DNA from: a virus
Taxonomy: Duplodnaviria; Heunggongvirae; Uroviricota; Caudoviricetes
IMG/VR virus record: IMGVR_UViG_2529293078_000007
DNA: 5,365 nt
Direction: 5' to 3' (one strand)
Position 1 is the first letter of the stretch. Every line of letters starts with the position of its first letter. The notes below the pieces were generated by a model, which worked only from the letters and a program-made list of their open reading frames with translations, did no database searches and was not told where the DNA came from. The position numbers and the translations under genes are program-made. Below, piece by piece: positions 1 to 4,823 of this stretch.

Positions 1-287
1 CTGTGACTGCGCATACGGGCCACCAGCAGAGGCGGCATTGCCTTTTCGATCGCCGGTAACAGAGCCTGCATTTTTTCAACTGCATCAGGGGTGTCTTTCT
101 CTATCCAGCGGAAAATTTTCTGGGTATTGCGAGCCAGGGCTTCCGGATGGCTGTCGTCGTACAGTTCAGGAAACGTCATACCCAACTCAAAATAAGCCTG
201 GGTTATTCCAGCTGCCGGAACTTTTTCGCCATCAGGACGCGCCCAGGCATTCATCGCCATGCGGATGTGTTCATGCTTGATTTTCAT
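1..287 (-). CDS. YdaT-like prophage regulatory protein (PF06254-type), partial; start codon at 287-285, runs off the window start
   Basis: Minus-strand frame is open from ATG (plus 285-287) to position 1 with no stop. Strong SD AAGGGGGG about 5 nt upstream (plus 293-300). N-terminus MKIKHEHIRMAMNAWARPDGEK... recalled as typical of YdaT-family proteins that follow cro-like genes in Rac-type prophages. The + strand ORF 38..280 is its antisense shadow. Confidence 0.5.
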   Translation of the reverse strand, partial: MKIKHEHIRMAMNAWARPDGEKVPAAGITQAYFELGMTFPELYDDSHPEALARNTQKIFRWIEKDTPDAVEKMQALLPAIEKAMPPLLVARMRSH

Positions 288-513
288 GAATCCCCCCTTG
301 GTTAGAAGGCGGATTATGATCAGAATCGGGAATGACAACCGTCGGTATGTGTAACTCATATTTGAGCGCCCCGGCAGTGACTGCCTGAATTAGCAACGCC
401 CATTTCCACGGAACGTCTTCCCCCCACATGCTGACTGTGGTTTTTGACGTTCCTAGAGCGGCGGCTGTTTTAACAACTCCGCCAAAATAGCCTAATACTT
501 CTGATTTTTTCAT
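271..513 (-). CDS. dicC: Cro/DicC-like small DNA-binding regulator, 80 aa
   Basis: Start chosen at ATG 513-511 (MKKSEVLGYFGG...) because GGAG lies 6 nt upstream; the track's start at 561 has no SD. Pattern YFGG..K.A.ALG....VS.W..D.VP...A.L.Q..T.G.L.Y resembles DicC as remembered. Divergent from the repressor gene. Its 3' end overlaps the YdaT-like start by 17 nt. Confidence 0.65.
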   Translation of the reverse strand: MKKSEVLGYFGGVVKTAAALGTSKTTVSMWGEDVPWKWALLIQAVTAGALKYELHIPTVVIPDSDHNPPSNQGGIHENQA

Positions 514-541
514 GAGTCGCTCCATAAAACTGAACGCCAAA

Positions 542-605
542 AGTTTAATAATCAAAACCAAAGAAAGTCAAGAAACAAAACCATCTGTGTTTTAAAATCA
601 AAACA
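542..605. promoter_or_regulatory. Divergent promoter/operator region between cro-like and repressor genes; three operator-like sites at 23-bp spacing
   Basis: AT-rich 91-bp intergenic region. Motifs TCAAAACCA (552-560), ACAAAACCA (575-583) and TCAAAACA (598-605) lie exactly 23 bp apart. The best site is the 18-bp palindrome TGTTTTaaaatcAAAACA (588-605), which overlaps the repressor start codon. Confidence 0.4.
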
Positions 606-1243
606 TGAACAAGCAAACAATATCTGAACGCATAACCCAACGTATGCATGCGCTAAACTTGAAAGGCAAAGACCTTGTCAATGCCACTGGCGCATCAAAA
701 GGCTCCGTAAGTCAATGGATGAACGGTGGAGGAGCGCCGTCCTCGCGTTACATAAGTTCACTGGCAAAGATATTGAAAGTAAACGAAAATTGGCTTCTTA
801 ATGGAGGAGAGTTAAATACAGGTGATTCGCTTGATCTATCTTTACCGCCGATAAAAACGGTTCCGCTACTATCACTTCAGCAGGCAGCAAGCTGGAGTGA
901 TTATATGAAAAATTCCTCAATAACCTCTTGTGTGCAGCTTGTCGGAGAAATCCCGGCCAATACCTTTGCTGTTGTTCTAGAGAGTGACAGTATGTCGACA
1001 TCTGGTGGTGGAGTTTCCATCCCAAATGGTTCAACAGTTTTTGTTGATCCCGATCGAATCGTACAACCAGGAAATATTGTCCTTGCCTTACCCAAAGGGA
1101 CCACAACGCCTGTCATTCGCAAACTGGAGATAGAAGGGCCGGATATTCTTTTAGTCCCCACGAATCCTCGCTACCCTTCAATTATGCTGGATGATCTATC
1201 TTGCATATTGGGAGTATGCTTTAAAATTCAACAAGATATTTAA
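605..1243 (+). CDS. Lambda cI-type prophage repressor, 212 aa: N-terminal HTH (XRE-like) plus C-terminal S24 LexA-like peptidase domain
   Basis: SLAKILKV matches lambda cI LAKILKV. C-terminal domain has the S24 Ser (ESDSM, Ser129) and Lys (VIRKLE, Lys173) at cI-like spacing, and LVPTNPRYPSIM resembles cI LQPLNPQYPMIP. No SD precedes ATG 605, so the mRNA may be leaderless as for lambda PRM. Confidence 0.85.
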   Translation: MNKQTISERITQRMHALNLKGKDLVNATGASKGSVSQWMNGGGAPSSRYISSLAKILKVNENWLLNGGELNTGDSLDLSLPPIKTVPLLSLQQAASWSDYMKNSSITSCVQLVGEIPANTFAVVLESDSMSTSGGGVSIPNGSTVFVDPDRIVQPGNIVLALPKGTTTPVIRKLEIEGPDILLVPTNPRYPSIMLDDLSCILGVCFKIQQDI

Positions 1244-1307
1244 CCAACCTCATCTATTTGATTAACTGTATGCCATCGTAGTGATGGCGTAACAGCTGCC
1301 TGCTTAA

Positions 1308-1329
1308 AATGTTTTGATAAAAAAACATT
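1308..1329. promoter_or_regulatory. Operator-like palindrome AATGTTTTgataaaAAAACATT (second copy of TGTTTT-N6-AAAACA)
   Basis: Perfect 8-bp inverted arms with a 6-bp spacer. Core and spacing are identical to the 588-605 site. Lies directly against the -35 of the predicted promoter downstream of the repressor gene. Confidence 0.4.
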
Positions 1330-1356
1330 GACCTTAAATGTTCGTTTTTCTAAACT
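1328..1356 (+). promoter_or_regulatory. Candidate sigma70 promoter (PL-like) for the ydfA-like operon
   Basis: TTGACC (1328-1333), 17-nt spacer, TAAACT (1351-1356). Sequence-only prediction. Confidence 0.35.
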
Positions 1357-1535
1357 TCATTCATTCCCTCACCCCGCCCCACAGAATGCAGGGCAATACT
1401 TCGAGTTACCAGGCAGTGGTCAGGGGTTAAGTAGCCAGCCCGAGGCGTAAGAACATGACGGCAGGGTTCAACTTTAATAACTATGCAGCAGGTTTTTGTT
1501 CCGCTACCCCGGCGTTAAGGGGAAATGAGGTCAAC

Positions 1536-1688
1536 ATGGATACGCTCAATCTTGGCAACAACGAATCTCTGGTATGTGGCGTGTTCCCCAACCAGGACGG
1601 TACGTTCACCGCGATGACGTATACCAAAAGCAAAACGTTTAAAACTGAAGCTGGCGCGCGTCGCTGGTTAGCCAGAAACACTGACTGA
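1536..1688 (+). CDS. ydfA: YdfA-like small prophage protein (DUF1391-like), 50 aa
   Basis: ATG 1536 has GAGG 5 nt upstream, whereas the upstream in-frame ATG 1455 has a poorer SD and would give 77 aa. MDTLNLGNNESLVCGVFPNQDGTFTAMTYTKSKTFKTE... matches Qin YdfA as remembered, in the same position after the repressor. Stop TGA 1686-1688 overlaps ATG 1688 of the next frame. Confidence 0.55.
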   Translation: MDTLNLGNNESLVCGVFPNQDGTFTAMTYTKSKTFKTEAGARRWLARNTD

Positions 1689-1699
1689 TGAGGTTGACG

Positions 1700-2338
1700 A
1701 TGGAATTTAAAGATTTACCTCCTTCAATCCAGGAGATTGCAGCACACACACTTCGTCATCGTCTGAACGAACTTGAATTGGAATCGGTAACGAAAAAAGA
1801 CACTGATAATATGGCTCGTAATGTGCGCGATGCGTTTACCGGATTGTATTTCTGTGCGTCTATAAATAAACACGACTCAGAGAGTGTGGCAAATAAAATT
1901 GCAGAAACGACAGCGCAAAACATCAATACGAAACCAACGGAAGAAGAAATTGATCAGTTTGCTCATGATGCTGGTTTAAAAAACAAGAAAGAAAAATCGC
2001 CATATGCGGGGAACATGTTTGTTTATGACAATCTCATCAGAATTCGTGGCGAAATTCCGGCGGAATACCTGGCAAGAGTCCATCAGGCATTGCTTAAAAA
2101 TTTGGAAACAGAATTATTTGATGGCAACACTAACGGTTTCTTCATGGTATCAGGCCTTGAGAAAGACTGGGATGCAGAAAAACGCTGGAATGTTGCTACA
2201 TGGTTATTCAGTAACAGAGCCGCTGCACTGGAAGCTTCGGCATGTATTTGCGGCCTGTTCTTAACAGACCACAAATATAATCTGGATGTGTACAGTTATA
2301 TTTACGCTGAACACGGTCCACTCTGGATTGACTGGTAA
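1700..2338 (+). CDS. Hypothetical protein, 212 aa, no recognisable domain (alternative start 1688 would give 216 aa)
   Basis: Long ORF with GAGGT 5 nt upstream of ATG 1700. The alternative ATG 1688 overlaps the ydfA-like stop (TGATG). No Walker, HEPN, nuclease or transmembrane signature recognised by eye. Confidence 0.6.
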   Translation: MEFKDLPPSIQEIAAHTLRHRLNELELESVTKKDTDNMARNVRDAFTGLYFCASINKHDSESVANKIAETTAQNINTKPTEEEIDQFAHDAGLKNKKEKSPYAGNMFVYDNLIRIRGEIPAEYLARVHQALLKNLETELFDGNTNGFFMVSGLEKDWDAEKRWNVATWLFSNRAAALEASACICGLFLTDHKYNLDVYSYIYAEHGPLWIDW

Positions 2339-2548
2339 TTATAAGGAAACACCAGCAGGGCCGCGGCGACCAACAGAACGATTAAAATCAATAATGCCAT
2401 TATAAAGGACATTATTTAATTTATCGTCGAATGCTGATTCTGTGAGCCTCAACTCTGAATGAGTTTTTAATAACCCTGATTGCCTGAGTTGATTTACCAG
2501 GCATTCAATCTGTTTTTCAATAAGCGGATTTCTTTTTTTGTTTGGCAT
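2339..2548 (-). CDS. Hypothetical small protein, 69 aa, convergent with the 212-aa gene
   Basis: ATG at 2548-2546 is preceded by GGAGGAT (plus 2553-2559). The track's start at 2560 is the ATG inside that SD. Stop abuts the stop of the + strand gene (TAATTA, 2336-2341). Uses rare codons (AGA, AGG, TTA); no homolog recognised. Confidence 0.35.
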   Translation of the reverse strand: MPNKKRNPLIEKQIECLVNQLRQSGLLKTHSELRLTESAFDDKLNNVLYNGIIDFNRSVGRRGPAGVSL

Positions 2549-2579
2549 TTTATCCTCCATTGAGGTTCTGGGTTAAAAA

Positions 2580-2885
2580 TGGAGACCAACACGCTGTCAC
2601 GTGTGGTCGTGCGCCGGACACGGATAAGAATCCGGTACTGACAGTTTACTGAAAGGATATTTCCCTGAAAAGTCAGTGCATAACGCGAAAGCGTACGGCG
2701 AAGCTCTTTCCCTTAGAAGGCTTGTCGTTAGATTTCTTCGAACGTGCGCTTCCGGTTGTGGCACTCCGCGAAATGGCGCGGCGGTAAGTATGGCGGGGTT
2801 ATTCCTTCCCCATTGAGGACACCGGGTTGTCAGGTTGACCATACGCTTAAGTGACAACCCCGCTGCAACGCCCTCTGTTATCAAT
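2580..2885 (+). other. GC-rich, hairpin-dense non-coding region upstream of DicF (possible dicF precursor or separate structured RNA)
   Basis: No + strand ORF longer than about 20 aa. Nested hairpin CTGTCA (2594-2599)/TGACAG (2639-2644) enclosing CCGGA (2614-2618)/TCCGG (2631-2635). GNRA hairpin ACGC-GAAA-GCGT (2683-2694). Perfect 9-bp stem GGGTTGTCA (2824-2832)/TGACAACCC (2852-2860). The 95-aa minus ORF here has non-protein-like composition. Confidence 0.3.
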
Positions 2886-2943
2886 TTTCTGGTGACGTTT
2901 GGCGGTATCAGTTTTACTCCGTGGCTGCTCTGCCGCCCTTTTT
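2886..2943 (+). ncRNA. dicF: DicF-like small regulatory RNA (ftsZ-targeting antisense sRNA), including its 3' terminator
   Basis: tttctggtgacgtttggcggtatcagttttactccgtggctgctctgccgccc followed by TTTTT matches E. coli DicF as recalled. It sits immediately upstream of the dicB-like gene as in Qin. Ends are approximate (a few nt either way). Confidence 0.7.
2901..2943 (+). terminator. Intrinsic terminator-like element (3' end of DicF)
   Basis: GGCGG (2901-2905) and CCGCC (2932-2936) flank an internally paired region, followed by a T5 run (2939-2943). Confidence 0.45.
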
Positions 2944-3112
2944 AAAGTGAATTTTGTGATGCGGTGAATGCGGCTAAGCGCACGCGGAACAGTTAAAACC
3001 AAAAACAGTGTTATGGGTGGATTCTCTGTATCCGGCGTTAATTGTTAACTGGTTAACGTCACCTGGAGGCACCAGGCACTGCATCACAAAATTCATTGTT
3101 GAGGACGCGATA

Positions 3113-3301
3113 ATGGAAACGTCATTACCAAACGTTAATACGTCTGAAGGTTGTTTTGATATTGGTGTTCTGCTCAGTAACCGGGAGTTTACTGAAGATG
3201 CCATTAACATGAGGAAATATGAGCCTTATCTGCTCAATGATAATTCCATACTTTCCCGAATTGCTCTTCTTGAACTTGGTATTTTCGGAGAACGTCAATG
3301 A
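3113..3301 (+). CDS. dicB: DicB-like cell-division inhibitor, 62 aa
   Basis: METSLPNVNTSEGCFDIGVLLSNREFTEDAINMRK... closely matches the remembered Qin DicB N-terminus (..LPNVNTSEGCFEIGV...FTEDAIN.RK), with the same 62-aa length. GAGGA lies 7 nt upstream of ATG 3113. The track ORF 3008..3301 is an in-frame upstream extension without an SD. Confidence 0.8.
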   Translation: METSLPNVNTSEGCFDIGVLLSNREFTEDAINMRKYEPYLLNDNSILSRIALLELGIFGERQ

Positions 3302-3486
3302 CTTCAGCATTTGCACTGATGATGACGGTTTTTCTTATAACGGGTGAATCACAGAATGTGATTACCGGAATTTATGCCAGTAAAGAATCCTGCCTCCAGG
3401 CAAGAGACGAGCAAAAAATTTCTGGTGAATGCCTCCCGGTAAAAAAAGTATCGCTGTACCTGAATAACGAAACACCGGCTGGATAA
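3298..3486 (+). CDS. ydfD: YdfD-like small protein with hydrophobic N-terminus, 62 aa
   Basis: ATGA start/stop overlap with dicB (3298-3301) and GGAG 6 nt upstream. Hydrophobic N-terminal segment MTSAFALMMTVFLITG. Same size and position as Qin YdfD downstream of dicB. Confidence 0.6.
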   Translation: MTSAFALMMTVFLITGESQNVITGIYASKESCLQARDEQKISGECLPVKKVSLYLNNETPAG

Positions 3487-3578
3487 CCCTCCAGCCATAT
3501 TAACACCATACCAACGGATTAAAAATGCCAGCAATGGCAGGGATTTGTTCACCCTTAAATCTGTAATGAGGTTTATCA

Positions 3579-4823
3579 ATGAGCACTGATAAAGAAGAAT
3601 TTGCGCTATATTGCGAAGCAAAAAATGACAAAGTCAGAAAACGTCTGGGAATTAAAGGTGGTTTTTACTGGACTACAGCAAAAAAATTATCTGTTGCCAT
3701 CTCCCGCTGCATTACCGCAATGGATGACAACGATTATGATGAAGACGACTTTAAAAAACCCGTTCGCGTCCATTTACCCGTTGTGAATGACCTTCCACCT
3801 GAAGGCGTGTTTGATACCGAATTCTGCAACCGATACGAAAAAGGCGGGGAAGATGGCATTACAATGGTATTTATCGCGCCCTCTCCCTCCGTGCAGGAGA
3901 AACCAGCCAGTACTGACAATACCAACGTCAACGGCGAAGACATGACGGAGATTGAGGAGAATATGCTCCTGCCGGTTTCTGGTCAGGAGCTGCCCATTCG
4001 CTGGCTTGCGCAACACGGCAGCGAAAAACCAGTAACGCACGTTGCACGGGAAGAACTTCAGGCATTACATATAGCACGGGCGGAAGAACTGCCGGCTGTT
4101 ACTGCCCTGGCCATTTCTCACAAAACAAAGCTGCTCGACCCGCTGGAGATTCGCGACCTTCACAAACTGGTACGCGACACTGACAAAGTTTTCCCTAATC
4201 CCGGTAATTCAGACCTGGGACTGATAACTGCTTTTTTCGAGGCATACCTGGACGCTGACTACACTGATCGGGGTCTGCTGACAAAAGAGTGGATGAAAGG
4301 AAATCGTGTTTCGCGTATCACCCGTACGGCTTCCGGTGCAAATGCCGGTGGCGGGAACAAAACCGATCGCAATCCGAATTTAGTACACACCTTCGATACG
4401 CTGGATGTGGAGATTGCAGCAGCCACACTTCCGATGGATTTTAATATTTATGAAATTCCGGGCAGCGTTTATCGTCGCGCAAAAGAAATCGTCCTGAAAA
4501 GAGAAAGTCCGTTCAAAGAATGGTCCGCAGCACTTCGCGCAACCCCGGGTATTCTGGACTATTCCCGCGCCGCTATTTTTGCACTTATCCGGAGCGCTCA
4601 CCCTGAGTTTTATCACTACCCGGGACGCCTTCAGGGGTATATCAACGCCTACTTAACGGAGACTGATCACGAGAACCCCAGCAAGGAAACTCTCACTGCT
4701 GCACGACATACACCGGAAAAAGATATCCTGGAAGAAGTTAACCGCGAACTGTCTGCTAAGCAGGAAACAGAAGAAGAAAATGATGAAGAAAAACCGCAAC
4801 CATCTTGCGCAATGGCAGAATGA
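3579..4823 (+). CDS. Hypothetical prophage protein, 414 aa, acidic patches; occupies the position of Qin ydfE
   Basis: Long ORF with GAGGT 8 nt upstream of ATG 3579. Acidic stretches DDNDYDEDDF and C-terminal ETEEENDEEKPQ. No catalytic motif recognised. The ydfE assignment is positional only. Confidence 0.7.
   Translation: MSTDKEEFALYCEAKNDKVRKRLGIKGGFYWTTAKKLSVAISRCITAMDDNDYDEDDFKKPVRVHLPVVNDLPPEGVFDTEFCNRYEKGGEDGITMVFIAPSPSVQEKPASTDNTNVNGEDMTEIEENMLLPVSGQELPIRWLAQHGSEKPVTHVAREELQALHIARAEELPAVTALAISHKTKLLDPLEIRDLHKLVRDTDKVFPNPGNSDLGLITAFFEAYLDADYTDRGLLTKEWMKGNRVSRITRTASGANAGGGNKTDRNPNLVHTFDTLDVEIAAATLPMDFNIYEIPGSVYRRAKEIVLKRESPFKEWSAALRATPGILDYSRAAIFALIRSAHPEFYHYPGRLQGYINAYLTETDHENPSKETLTAARHTPEKDILEEVNRELSAKQETEEENDEEKPQPSCAMAE

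Noticed and set aside
38-280. 80-aa + strand ORF
   Set aside because: It lies entirely antisense to the YdaT-like gene, which has a strong SD and a recognisable N-terminus. No RBS and non-protein-like composition.
798-1161. Two minus-strand ORFs (102 and 86 aa) inside the repressor gene
   Set aside because: Antisense shadows of a CDS with clear HTH and S24 peptidase motifs.
1272-1288. Hairpin GCCATC-gtagt-GATGGC just after the repressor stop, considered as an intrinsic terminator
   Set aside because: No U-tract follows the stem, and the operator/promoter-like elements downstream suggest read-through is plausible. At most a weak or Rho-dependent signal.
1455-1535. Upstream in-frame extension of the ydfA-like ORF (77-aa version)
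   Set aside because: The internal ATG 1536 has a much better SD and gives the roughly 50-aa size expected for YdfA-like proteins.
1481-1681. 66-aa minus-strand ORF
   Set aside because: Antisense shadow of the ydfA-like gene.
2004-2274. ORFs of 86 aa (+) and 63 aa (-) inside the 212-aa gene
   Set aside because: Embedded in alternative frames of a longer ORF with a good RBS.
2597-2884. 95-aa minus-strand ORF
   Set aside because: It spans the GC-rich hairpin region. Its Arg/Pro-rich composition and lack of an RBS are typical of a spurious ORF in structured non-coding DNA.
2580-2945. Retron msr/msd, REP element or tmRNA/RNase P identity for the structured region
   Set aside because: No reverse transcriptase gene is adjacent (no YxDD motif in any neighbouring ORF). 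Only a loose resemblance to the REP consensus. No match to remembered ssrA or rnpB sequence.
2974-3316. Minus-strand ORFs (78 and 63 aa) and the 97-aa + strand extension 3008..3112 of dicB
   Set aside because: Antisense to, or an unsupported upstream extension of, the DicB-like gene, whose start at 3113 has a good SD and the right length.
3477-3539. Two short hairpins after ydfD (GGCTGG/CCAGCC and TGCCA/TGGCA), considered as terminators
   Set aside because: Neither is followed by a clear U-tract, so they are not called as terminators.
3349-3621. 90-aa minus-strand ORF
   Set aside because: Antisense to the ydfD-like gene and the intergenic region. No RBS.
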